A DNA stretch of 39,558 nucleotides. It comes from Folioceros fuciformis (Eukaryota). Made by a program: the position numbers and the translations under genes. Location: NCBI GenBank assembly GCA_049999805.1, contig JBNGIO010006455.1:1-39558 (forward strand). Direction: 5' to 3'. How positions within the stretch are numbered: position 1 is the first letter of the stretch; every line of letters starts with the position of its first letter. This document shows, piece by piece, positions 12,052 to 24,000 of the stretch. The notes below the pieces were generated by a model. It was not told where the DNA came from. It did no database searches and saw only the letters and a program-made list of their open reading frames with translations.

Positions 12052-12077
12052 CCATGGCCCATGGCCATGGGCCATGG
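12052..12077. repeat. perfect 26-bp palindrome within a CCATGG(C) array upstream of CSLC
   Basis: CCATGGCCCATGG|CCATGGGCCATGG. Confidence 0.85.
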
Positions 12078-14399
12078 ACCCTATTTCTCGTTATTATTCA
12101 GTCTGCGTCGCCCACCACCTGCCGTGCCTGCTCGGCTCCCTTCCCTCGAAGACAAGCGCGGAGTTTGCAAATTCGCATCTGGCCCCCCATAAGCAATCAT
12201 GGTTTTCGCTGCTTCAACTACCATTGCCATCGCAGCCAGATTCATTCAAAGCGCACACTCATTCGCAGTCACGTAATTTCCATTACACATATGTATGAAT
12301 GAAGACGCCCATAACAAACCACTTCTTCTTCTTCTTGTTCTTCTTCTGCTCCTTCCAAGCTCTTATGATGTCACGTCCAGCTGGTGATGATGCAAGGATG
12401 GCAAGGCAAGACAAGGCCATGTACATATTATCACCTTGCCCGGTGGAGAGCCAGGAATGGAGACGTATGTCGGTACACCCATTCAAGTTTACTGTGTGTG
12501 TGTGAAACACCTGGAATGTCCATGCTTTCACCTCGGTGCAAATTGCATGGTACTGGTTTCCATGACGGAACACCGTCACCGTCCTTGGTGGCCTTAACTA
12601 GATTTCTTTCTGTACCCCTTTCGGCATAGAGAAAGCAATACAAATTCATGAGAGAGTTGCACGATGTGGGGGGCCAGGGACCTTGGTTTTTTGCTCGGGT
12701 GGTGTGGACTGGACTCCGACTGGGAGCAGATAATTGGAGGGTGCCGGAGATGGTGGTGTTGCAGCACGGTGCAAGGGCTGGTGGTGGACCAGGTACCCAG
12801 CGACCCGGGAGCACCACGAGCAGGGAAGGGGAGGGAGAAGAAGAGGGAGCAGCCTTTACGAGCTCAAGAAACGCAACCTTGTTTCCTAGCAGTTTCTCTT
12901 GCAATCGCCCTTGTGGTCGTACAAGGCAGACAGAGCTGGCAAACTGGGTCCTGGATCTCACGGCCAACTCGGCTTTGTGGGCCGGTCCAGTTCAGTGGCA
13001 GATGCCTCCGAGCGCAACTGGCTCTTGAAACCGACACGTAGCCCGGCCCTGCCGTTGTGCATATGCAAGCCATGCATCGGGGTTGGAACTTGGGGCTCGG
13101 GCTCGGGCTCGGCTCCGTCGGGAGGGGACGACGGGCGCGGCCCCCGATTCCAAGCCGTCCCTAGGTGAGAATTCCAGTTCCGCGTTCCTTGCCGGCGGAA
13201 CAACCCAGGAGTCCATAATACCACGCAAAACCTGGAACCAACCCCGGCCCCGGTTTCCAGTCAACCTGCGCTGCTGCGACTTCTCTGCTCACCTTCACCC
13301 CCTGACTCCGCCCCTGGAAACGGCCCGGGAAGAAGCCGTGCTGACAAAGAGAACTGGAAAGCCAAAAAGAAAAGAAACAAACACAGCAGAAGAGGTCTCT
13401 CAGTGCGCCACCATTGATAAATCATAGACTCGTTCCTACCCAGCATTCATCTCCAGTACACGACGCCATTATCGGGATGTCAACTTGCGAGTCTCTCCCT
13501 CTTAAGGATACGTTTCCCGCCCGCTCAAGTGTGGGATTAGCACAGCATCCGCTATGTGGTGTGGCGGTGTTTGCGTTACGACACGAGACGAGGCCGAGAC
13601 GTTTCTGGCTTTCCCGCTCAGGCAATTAATGAGCAAGTAAGGAGCGGTGCAGCGTTAATCAGGCGGGGGGATCTGGTGGACTGGATCCCGGAATCTGGTC
13701 ATGCGAGACGCTTGGCGAGGGGCATGGCAGACTCGTTATTTGAGGCCACAGCCTTTGTGTATTGCATGTGCTTGCGCAGGCAGGCAGGCAGGGAAGGCAG
13801 TCGCGCACGCAGGCGGCCGGTTCTCTCCCTCCTGCTTCTTCCTTCCTCTGCTTCACCCTTCTGCTCGGCTGCCTCTCCCCTCTCCACCGACAGCACGGCA
13901 CGTGTGGCAATCGCACATTGCCTCCTGTAGGACCGCCTTTACCTTAACTTGGGGCTGACCGTTAAAGCCCACAACGGCCCGAAGCCCACGGTGGGGCCGC
14001 GCACGCCCCGCCCCTCCCTTCCCCGCCCCGTTCGCAGTTTCCCGTTCTCCCAGTATGCGACCTTGACGTACCAGTACGTATGCGGGCCTATACCTAAACC
14101 ATGCATACACCCTGCCGTACGTATTCTACGCCACCGTGGCCGTACAAGTCACACCTTGATGCCATCACGCCCTGCCCTGCCCTGCCCTGCCCTGACCTGC
14201 ATACAGAACGTACTACCCGGCGTGGGCTCGCCCCACGCCTTCCCTGGATTGTGCCTTTTCCGTTTTTCTTTCATGTTAAAACATCACTTACTTATCCTAA
14301 ACAGATTTATAAATGTAGTTTTAATTATTTGATACATGAATCATTAGTCTTACAATCTTGGTGAACTAGATTAGCATCAATCAATAAAGACTTGTCCCA

Positions 14400-15560
14400 C
14401 TCCTTTCACACAAAACAACATGATACAAGGAAGGACTTCGAGAGATGTTGCGTGTACTTGAATTTACCCACACAAGTTCGCTAATTGTACTACTCTTGAT
14501 GCGATCACACGGAGTCACATTAATTTCTGTTTCCCCTCTCAATTTAAGGGTTGTGTTGCTCTTGCTACAAGTCGTGCTCTTTGATTCGGGTATGATGGTG
14601 TGACATCAATGCTTTACTTACCTCTCACTCCTCTTACTTCGAGACTTGTATTGGGCTCTTTCTTGTTTCACTGGCTTTACCATCTTTAAGACCATTGGTT
14701 CCGTGCAGCTTTTAATCCATAGTGTGAATGTCATTTTTTCTGTGTCCTTACCTTCCCTCATGTTTCAGTACAGTACACGTGCAACAACGAACTACAATCA
14801 AGTAGTGTTTGAACATTCTTTGACATTGTCTTTGTTTGTAGTGAGTGGTTGCGAGTACACGAGAAGACTTTCAAATTGGAAGACCTTAGGTTATGATCAA
14901 GTAAGAATTTATTGAATGGTTTCTCCGAGAAGGAATCTTCGTTAAATGGCGTCACTCTTGAGTGTATGTATGTGCTAGTATGTCACTTTCTCCATCTATG
15001 ACAGCCTCTAGCAATGTGTGATAGAGTGGCTCCATTTCTTTGTCAACTTGGATTACAGCATTACTTTTCCGAGGTCAAAATGAGGATTCTTCATGGTATG
15101 ATTTGGAAGTGAAGGAGTTAGCACCTTTGATCATTCATATAATATCTTGGGTGAGAGTGTCTGTCAAGTTTATGAGTTTCTTATGATTGATACACTTCAT
15201 AGTTCCATCCCTCACTAAGTACTTAAAAACATAATACTTTTCATCTTGGACTAGCCAACCATTCAAGCAAAGATGCAAGATTTCATGATGTGTGCAAAGA
15301 AGAGCTGTAAATTGGGAGCTGAGAGACATGTCCTTCAAGATCAGAAGGTCATGTAAAGGAGTATAAACCTGGTTTAAGGAAACCATGAGTTTAATCATGG
15401 AATTTGAGCTACTTCTCAGAAGCTTTCACGAAATTTTGAAAATACTCATAGATACTAACAGAGTAGGTATGTATACACAGTCTGTACTAAAAACCTCTGA
15501 AATGGTTAACTTGGTTCTTTGATTCCCAGTTTCCTTCTATGATCCATTCCCTTTCTCAAT
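14400..15560. other. AT-rich island, probably a highly degraded transposon remnant
   Basis: Sharp drop in GC relative to the flanks; short stop-interrupted minus-strand frames with no recognisable motif. Confidence 0.3.
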
Positions 15561-15858
15561 CAACTCACCAGAAATGGACTAGGTACAGCAAATGTGGATG
15601 GGATGCATGACCCCATGCCAGGAGAGAGACGTCGACCGTCCGCCGGCTAGCAGCGGTAATCCGCACCGACAGCCGTGAGAGACGTTGAAGGGCGCTGTAG
15701 GGTCGTGGGGCCGGGCCGGCCAGGCACCGTAGGTGTGTGGTTTGAGCTAACCTGACGTGAGGTTGTGCGGGCCGACTTCGTGAGCCTCGTCTCGAGTGCA
15801 TCTAGGAGCAAGGATGATGATGGGAAGGAACCCGGACTCGGCGGGGTCTGGGCCCGGG

Positions 15859-15913
15859 GGCCCTGGCCCTGGCCCTGGCCCTGGCCCTGGCCCGGGGCGG
15901 GGGCGGGGGCGGG
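15859..15913. repeat. (GGCCCT)n hexamer run followed by (GGGGC)n, a potential G-quadruplex
   Basis: Directly visible. Confidence 0.75.
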
Positions 15914-17423
15914 TAACAAAACAGCACATGCTCTAGAATTGTCCAGTCCGCAAACTGCAAGCACAATTTGAGGCAAAAGGGTACGAAAGTCTGGCTCGAG
16001 TCTTAAGACGAGACTTCACCTCGTGGAGGGGAGCGCTGAATCACTAGACTACACATGTTGTTCTCTTTCAATGACGCATTGTTTCATCATAAATACTAAG
16101 CACGGGCCCGATTACGGCACAGGCGCAATCTGGCGTGGGTGCCACAGTCTCTGTTACCTTGCAAGAGGTGCACCGTCCGCAAGTCAGAGAAAGAAGGGCT
16201 GAGAGGAGAGTAGAGGAGAGCAGAGCAGGAACTCCGCATACGCATCCACAGCTGGGTCGCTTTGGAACTGTGGAATGATGGCCTGCTCCTTGCTGGGTGT
16301 GTCAGGATTCGACTTCTGCCTTTGGCTGGCTGGCCTCACATGTTTCTGGGCGATGCCACTTTCTCCCACCTGTGACTTCAGCAGCTTACACAAGGTGGCC
16401 TGGCCCTGGTCTGGTCTGCTCTGGTCTGGTATGGTGACCAGCAGGCGAGGTGAAAGAGTCCAGTAGAGGTAGATCGGAGTCACCGGACCCGGAGACGTAT
16501 GGTAGTTGCATGAGCAACAGACAAGGAATGCCATGTGGAGAAAAAGTAAAGCAAACAGCATGTGACAGCGCCCTAGATACCTGAGGCGTCACTGCATGGG
16601 AGGCCGCGAACACAAGTCCATGGACATTGATCGGGGCGTCCACTGCCACTGTCCACGCCCTCTCATTTACATAACGAAACACACACTCAAACAGCAGAAG
16701 GTGCGATTGTTGCCCAGAAAAGCGCGCGTCTCCAGTACTTTGTAGCGTGCCCCACAGCGTCCAACCGGAGACTGGAACGTAACGTAGCTTCCACCAATTT
16801 TGGTGACACTTTACTTTTGCAAAGGCTGTCACTGGAGTCATAGTGTAATCACTCGCACAGCACAAGTACAAGTGACAGCAAGGGATGCGTCGTTTAAAAC
16901 ACCCAAGTACAGAACGCCCACACATTTATTTTACCCGGTAAGCAAATAATAAGTTCATCCGGACCTTTGCACATCTACAGGCCCACACATGATACCGAAA
17001 ACGAAAAGAGGCTTTCGGAGCGGTTGGGTCTTCCATAGTGACTTGCTACCTAAGTCGTAAGGATCTAGGTACACGTTGGGCTTCTGACCTGGTTTAGTGG
17101 TCCTTAGTGACGCGATGCCGGCAGAACAGCTGGAATCTGCCGACTGCCAAAGAAAAGCTAAAAATAAGAACAAAGTGCTGGTCGACAGCACTGAGACAGC
17201 CTTCACATCGGCGATCAGCAAATAAGTTAGCAGCTGCTCAAAGAGACAACATGGAGCTTGCAATCTCATCCTCGAACTCCTACTCGGCCTATCCTACATG
17301 GTTAGCAATTGACATAAATTATCCAAGTCCAGACTGGCGTAGGGCATGTACAGAGGGAGCGGAGCTCTTCCTTGCCGCAGCTGAATTGCCTCTGGTGCAC
17401 CCGACAAGGAGCCCTGAAATAAA

Positions 17424-18722
17424 TTAACGATGAGAAGCGACGTCACGGTCTAGAGGATTCGATGACTCGTTTCTGATCCGCTTCACTTTGTGGGAGCCCA
17501 GGCTGCGGTGTTGGAAACCCAATGCCTCCAACACCTGGTTGTCAGCGAAGTTGAAAGCACGCTCCATATGCTTCAAGCACCGCTCAATCGGGTAGTCTCC
17601 GTACTTCCCACACGGCTTGCAGCCAACAAAGTGCGTGACAAACGGCCATCTATGATCACCAAAACCTGGATGACTATCCGCCATCATCTCTTCGTACCTT
17701 TCCACCAGGATCTCCCAGTAACCATGCAGGTAGTAGGAGTTCTCTAAATAAACCTTGGGCGACCACTTCTCTTTCTGCGTGATCAATAAATAAATGAGAG
17801 CCGACTGGTCATCCGCCTCGAACTGAGGACGACCATCCAAAAACTTGCTCAGAACCTTTCCGGCCTCATCGCGTATAGCACCCTTGGGCCCCATGGGAGC
17901 CCAGGCGTCTAGCATATCCAAAGACCACTGGCAGTTCCGAAGTAGGAAGCTACCAGTATTCAGTCCTATCCAGCTCTTTGTCTTGTATACGAGGTCATCC
18001 CACCCGTGCAACACGAAGTTGTAGTCCGTGTAATTGTCCACCGGCAGATTGAACACCATGTCTGTGAAGAGGGCATCGCTGTCCATCCACCATATCCACT
18101 CGACCTCCGGATGTGTCAACATCAGCTTCCGCAATAGGGGCAGCTTAGACCAGTATCCGGCCATCTTGTGATCCAAGAAAGCCATGTTGTAGACGATTTC
18201 CATGTCGTGCAGGCGGCAGTAGTCGATCTTGTTCTTCAACGCCTTGAGAAGATAGTGATCGCCAATGGAATTTTCACACGGCTGGGGAGACGATCCAGAA
18301 ACCAACAAGACCCGCGGCTGCCCCTTCTTATTGAACGTCATACCCGGATTCTTCTCCAGCCAAGACTGGCGTTGCTCATTCCAATCAGATATCTGCGGGC
18401 CCAGGCTGTAAGGCAGCCCCGAACTGGCCGCCTCCTCCGCCTGCTCCTCCCAGTCCGTAGGATCCGAGAGGTCGATCTTGACCTCAGTCAGAGTGCGTAC
18501 CGGTTCCCGCACCAGAGCAACATCCTGTGCAGCAAATCCCGCCTCCTGAGTCTGATGGCTCTGGCTCAGCATCAGCGGCCCCCGTAGCACCATCACGGTC
18601 ATAAAACCCGCGAACAAAGTCAGGCACAGATTCTTGAACCCCTTCACAATACCCCTCCCCCGCGGACTGCGCATAAATCTGTTCACGCTCCATCCTCCTC
18701 GAGATGCCCTTAGCAGCGCCAT
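17424..18722 (-). CDS. XXT: xyloglucan 6-xylosyltransferase (GT34, XXT1/XXT2 type), single coding exon, ~432 aa
   Basis: First ATG at 18722 (the track's 18782 start is GTG); N-terminal TM LCLTLFAGFMTVMVLRG; motifs GDHYLLKALKNKIDYCRLH, WWMDSDALFTDM, LNTGSFLLRNCQWSLD, FEADDQSA, WPFVTHFVGCKPC, AFNFADNQ. Confidence 0.95.
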   Translation of the reverse strand: MALLRASRGGWSVNRFMRSPRGRGIVKGFKNLCLTLFAGFMTVMVLRGPLMLSQSHQTQEAGFAAQDVALVREPVRTLTEVKIDLSDPTDWEEQAEEAASSGLPYSLGPQISDWNEQRQSWLEKNPGMTFNKKGQPRVLLVSGSSPQPCENSIGDHYLLKALKNKIDYCRLHDMEIVYNMAFLDHKMAGYWSKLPLLRKLMLTHPEVEWIWWMDSDALFTDMVFNLPVDNYTDYNFVLHGWDDLVYKTKSWIGLNTGSFLLRNCQWSLDMLDAWAPMGPKGAIRDEAGKVLSKFLDGRPQFEADDQSALIYLLITQKEKWSPKVYLENSYYLHGYWEILVERYEEMMADSHPGFGDHRWPFVTHFVGCKPCGKYGDYPIERCLKHMERAFNFADNQVLEALGFQHRSLGSHKVKRIRNESSNPLDRDVASHR

Positions 18723-19366
18723 TCCGAGAGCGAGAAGAGCTCCGTCCGATGCCCTACCCCACCGAACGAGCCCGGAGTCCACAGATCAGCCAACGAACAG
18801 CTCAACTCAAGCACCGGAACCACACCACAGCCCGTCCCAGCCTCAAAACACATTAGCAAACTCCCCCGCAAGCCTACTGCCACAACCATCCGCAGGCATC
18901 CTCCGAAGACTTACGACAGCCATCGATCTTGCTCACCAGATGCTCAGGACCGCCCCCCGCCTGCAGCCTCAAGTCCCCCGTTCCCGCCGCCCTTGCACCG
19001 ACGGCAAGAGCGACAGCATTGCTACAAAGCAATGCCCCCGCGCCCGCAGATGAACCAAGGCCTCCAACCGGAGCCGGCCCAGCGATAGGCGTGAGCCCGA
19101 CCTCAGCAATTGCGATCCCGGACGATCCACCAACCGGCCTCACCCGCCGCCTGCCGTTGGGGAAGAGAGCGCCTCCGCGCGGCTGAGCGAGGAAGAGCTG
19201 GAGCCGTTGTGGCGGTGATAGGTTGCTGTCCTAGAGCTACCGCTGCAGTGTCGCCCTCGCTCGCCTTCGCCTTCTCGGTCGCCCTCTTGCTCTTGCTGGC
19301 TAGCTTTCACTCGATCTCGGACTCTGGAGCACAGCAGGCGGCGAGAATGGCTGGAGGAGAGAGAGG

Positions 19367-19404
19367 CGTGGCGCGGGAGAGGGGGGAGAGAGAGTAGAGA
19401 GAGA
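19367..19404. promoter_or_regulatory. GA/CT-rich tract near the likely XXT transcription start
   Basis: GAGAGAGAGG...GGGAGAGGGGGAGAGAGAGTAGAGAGAGA; CT-rich on the XXT sense strand, typical of plant 5' ends. A similar tract lies at 11861-11895 upstream of CSLC. Confidence 0.4.
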
Positions 19405-21009
19405 CACAACGTACTGTGTGTGTGAAGCTGATTCAAGTGTGTGCGTCGACTGCTTGTACATACATACAGTGTATGTACATTTGTACAGTACTGTGTGTTG
19501 TGGGAGGCGGGTTTCCGGTCTTTCGCATTCCTGTCATGAGCCCGCGACAGAGACCTCTCACACAACTGCTGTGCCGGGATTTTGCACAAGCGGGCAACTT
19601 GAGTGAATTCGAACTTCCCTATACATACGTGGCCCTCGTGATCGATCGCGACACAGAGACTCGATTCAAATATGCTTGCTTTGGCGCTCCGTCTGTCCTC
19701 TGCCCACTGCACTCCCAACACACGTCTCACTGAAATTGGCTTGGAATTTGCATCTAGCTGGAGTCATGACACGTATATTGTGGGTCTGGTGCGGAGAATG
19801 ATTTTTCAGGACTTCTGTGAGGCCAAATCATGGTGTTGTGTACCATGCCTTTCATCAGCCTCAACTGCATTACCCGAAGTGGAATTTAGGCAAAATTATT
19901 GCCAACTAATGCAACTGCCTTCTGGATATCTGTTGCTTGACGGCCACCGCATGAATGTGTAACGAACAGAAGAGTGACACGGGATCGGGACACGGAATCT
20001 TAAACTTCATATGAGATTGGGGCCCTGGGAGTTCAGACTAGTTGGACGGACTACTGGACGAGTTTACTACTTCTGGAGGAAGTTCAGGCTTCTCAACAAA
20101 CTGTGCAAAAGTATGAGAGAGTGTGACTTCATGTTCCGTGCATGGGCTGCACTTGGAGGATTCCCGATGCTTCGCTAGCGAAGAAGACGAGTGAGTGAAG
20201 CACATTCAGGAAGTGGTCGGTCTGCGACTGAAAGAGGATGCAGTCAGCTTGGCAGTACTTTCCCACTGAGAGCAACATGGACAGTAGAAGGGTTCAGTCC
20301 TGCAAGACATAGCATCATCCACGTACAGGGAGGCAGTAGTATATCTCCTGTGATCGATAGGAGCATACAATCCAGTTCCTGGTGCTCCCACCTGTTGCTC
20401 TGGAGCATCCTCTCGGTCACGAACGTTAACCCCGGGTGACGTGCAATTTCGTTCACCACCGTCTCACCTTCTCCGTCTCCTGTTAGCATCGTCCGATGTC
20501 AGAAAGATGTATTTCCGGGAAGGATCCATACCTTCCCTGGGGCTCACGACCTCAAGGTGCTATTCACTCTCATGAAGCCCGTTCCGTGAGCCAACGACTC
20601 TCACAACCCTGTTCCTCAGCTCTGGGGTTTTCGGGCCCTTCCTGGATCAAGCTCTCTTCCTGCATGGGATGTATGACACAGTCTTTCCTCTCTACGGGAT
20701 CATGATCTGCATCAAACGGGAAAAACACCACGACATATTATCAACAACTGCAGGACGCCCAACCCGATCGACAATCGTAGCACGCGCACAAGTGCTGGTT
20801 ATTCAGTACATACATGCGGGCATCAGAACCATGTAAAAGCATAGGCCGGCCTTACAACACGGAGGCACAACGGGTCCAGGCCCAGGAACGCTTAACTGCC
20901 GAGCCTTGACGGTTGGTTGCAGCAAAGGATGCATGTCCTCAACGGCGCTCTCGTCTCTCCTGGAGAGCGTGAAAAATGCACATCCCGTTCGTGACGCATG
21001 TAGGAAGCG

Positions 21010-24000
21010 ATGGGAGACTACGGCGAGGAATCCCGTGGACATTCCCGGGCCGGGTCTCGGGTGGTGACGACAGCGTGGAAGCCAGGGAGGCCTTTGCCTG
21101 CTTCTCGGCATTCCAGTGTCAACGACTGGCCTGCAGAGCGGGCGTCTGGATCGAGGGCCTGGCTGCCCGGCCTGGTGCCTCCAGGAGAACAGGGGGGTTC
21201 TCTGTCTGGCTCCCAGTACAGCATTCCTACGGTAGCAGGGTCCCAGGCCACCGATGACAGCAGCGTGGCGGTGCAGGAGGAGTCTCCTCCCCAAAGCTCG
21301 CAGGTTTTGGGTGATGTCGACCCTGAATGGGCTCCTCGTGCACCGCTGTTTCCTCGCCTGTCCATCAGTGGGGCGCCCTTGAAGCTCATTGATGCGATCT
21401 GGACAGGGGCCCAGGCGGAGGTTATGTCCTTTCTGCACCACCCATTTCTCGGGGCTGTTCTCACGCACAACGTCCCAACCGAGCTTCTGACGCAGTATCT
21501 GAATGAAGAGGCCTTCCTCTTCTCTGCAGCAACTATGTTGTGAGGCCGCTGACCTACTTTCTTTGTTGTGCTGCTTTCATTCAAGAGGTGTCGTAAAGAT
21601 GTCTGACATGAGCGTGCTGTTGCAACACATAGATCTCAACACCCGCTAGTGAGTGCTGCTTTGCTCAACGTGCCAAATTTTATCAACACCTTGAGAGTTG
21701 TGCTTTATGACTTGGTAATGCTCACCTCTTAAGGCAACAAGGCTCAGAGGGTGGTCGCATTTTCGCTTGCCGGATGCCGCATTTTCTCATGCTGGCCAGA
21801 GTTTGTAGACGAAGTTATGGCTGCAGCTCAGGGTTTGTGCATGTCTCAGACTCAAGACGGCTGGAATGGTATATTTGCCACTCTTGATGGATTTCAATCA
21901 CGTGACTTCAACAGCACAGTGGCGCAGCAGAAGCAATGTGGTCCTTCTTGCAACAAAAGTCGTCTTCCAATTACAACGTGGACGCCCTGGTTGCTTGGGT
22001 AGCCATTCTGCGCGTGAGGAGCCTTGTTGAAGCTGTCATTGGCAGGAGGATCCCCACGCAAGGAATAGGAAAGAGTCCATTTGTTGTGTGGATTAGCACT
22101 TATGGTGAAGAAGCGTTTCAGGTCAGTGTATGATCCAGTGTGTGGTGCTTCTGGCTTTGTACTCGTCGACACTCCTGTCATTCTTGGCTGAATGTGGACC
22201 AGCAAGTACAGGTCTGTGCTACGCTACTGGAGGAAGCCCTGGAATCTTGTTACCCACAAAGCCCTGACCAAGGAGAAATGCAACGTCTGCTGGATATCTT
22301 CAGGACAACTATCAGGCTTGACATCGAAATATTTTCAAACTTGTACTCTAGTGTTCCCAACTACACGGAGTATAAAATTGAACAGAATAGTCCGTGGAAC
22401 CCTTGTAATCTCCTCTTTGCCACCGACTATGATTGCACTTGTACAGTGAAGGATTCTTGTTACCTTCTAGTATGGGCCTCAGAGGCTGCAGGGCGAATCA
22501 ATGACGGCCGGCTGGTTCAGGCTCACCAGGCCATTTGCACGGATCATGATGTAAGTGTGCTGGACTGTCTGGCATCCATGCCCGATTTCAATTTTGACCC
22601 GGGCCCTGAGCAATTTATATCGGAGATAAGGTTTGAGCTGTTGCCCGGAATGGACCCTAGTCTTGAATCAATGGCCAGAGCGATTCTCGACCAGGATTAC
22701 ATGGATACAGAGGATATTCCTGCCATGCAACCTGTTGCCGGGTTTGCAGCCATCCGAGAGGCGCTCCTGTGGCTAGCACAGCTTGAAACTGACACAAATA
22801 AGGTAAGGCCAGCAAGATCCCAATTTGGAGCGTTGTTCAGGCCTCAAGTACATCATCTGACCCACAGTCTACAAAAACTGTGGGTTAGGTGACGTCTCGA
22901 ACTGAGCAAGATGACTAATGCATGTCTCATGTTACACAAGGTTGACAAAGCTGGTCGTCTTCTTTCTTTTGCAGAAAGTCATGGACCGTGGACTGTTGGT
23001 GGGCCTTACCAGACAGGCTATCAAGGCAGCGGGGAAGAAGGCTGCTATGCAGAACAACTGCCTCCAAGTACTCAAACGATTAACAAAATCTGGGTGCTCC
23101 ATCCATGTCATCTCCGCGAACTGGTCAAGGGATTTGATTCTGAGCGGACTTTCCTTTATCCCCGGTAGGAAGCTGCATCAAGGCGGCTTTACCCTCTTTC
23201 GTCGTGTCTCGTGTCGCTGTAATGCGGGGGTGGGCAACGAGACCTAATGTATGCTATATCGTGTCATGCAGAAGGCATGCTTTATGTTCACTCCAATGAT
23301 TTGGAGTACGAGGCATCTGGAACATCTAACGGGAAGTTCTCGAGTAGCGTTACAAACGCTTTTGATAAGGAGCACGTCTTGGAAGTGCTTCGAAGGATTG
23401 TGAATCAATTTGCTGGGGTTGAACAGCCTTCCTCGCATTTTCTCCCTGACGATCAGGGAAGGATGGTTGTATACCTGGGAGATGCTCAAACTGACCTGCT
23501 GGCCCTACTTGATGCGGACCTTGGCATAGTTATTGGCAAAAATCCTGCTCTGAGACACATGTTGAGTAAATACAGGATTCGGTTATTGCCACTCGTGGAG
23601 GCTTCAGCGCATATTTCAGTTTCAAGACTGTACAGTTCTCATCGCAGCTACAGGCAATCAGGAATCCTATTTGAAGCAAGTGGTTGGGAGGATGTTGAAG
23701 CCTGTCTCTTTGGGGATTGCACATTACAGGCCACTGACGATTTCAAGGCCTTCTGCTGTCCACCGGGGCAACGAGGTGTTCTTCACAGAGAGAGAACAGG
23801 GCAGCAAAACATGCTGTCCCAGTTCCGAAATTCTGTCTTGCAGACAAACGTTTTTGGATCTGACATTTCATCTCCAGCCCTTCAGCGCATGCCAAAGTAC
23901 CGCAACTCTCAGGAATTTACATATGGGGATCAGCCTTTTGGTCAGGAGCCTCGAAGATTTTCGTCTGATGAAGGGCTGCATATGACAGGGCAAGGCGGGA

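Noticed and set aside
18723-18782. GTG-initiated N-terminal extension of XXT in the ORF track
   Set aside because: Eukaryotic gene; the first in-frame ATG at 18722 already gives a normal cytosolic tail plus TM anchor.
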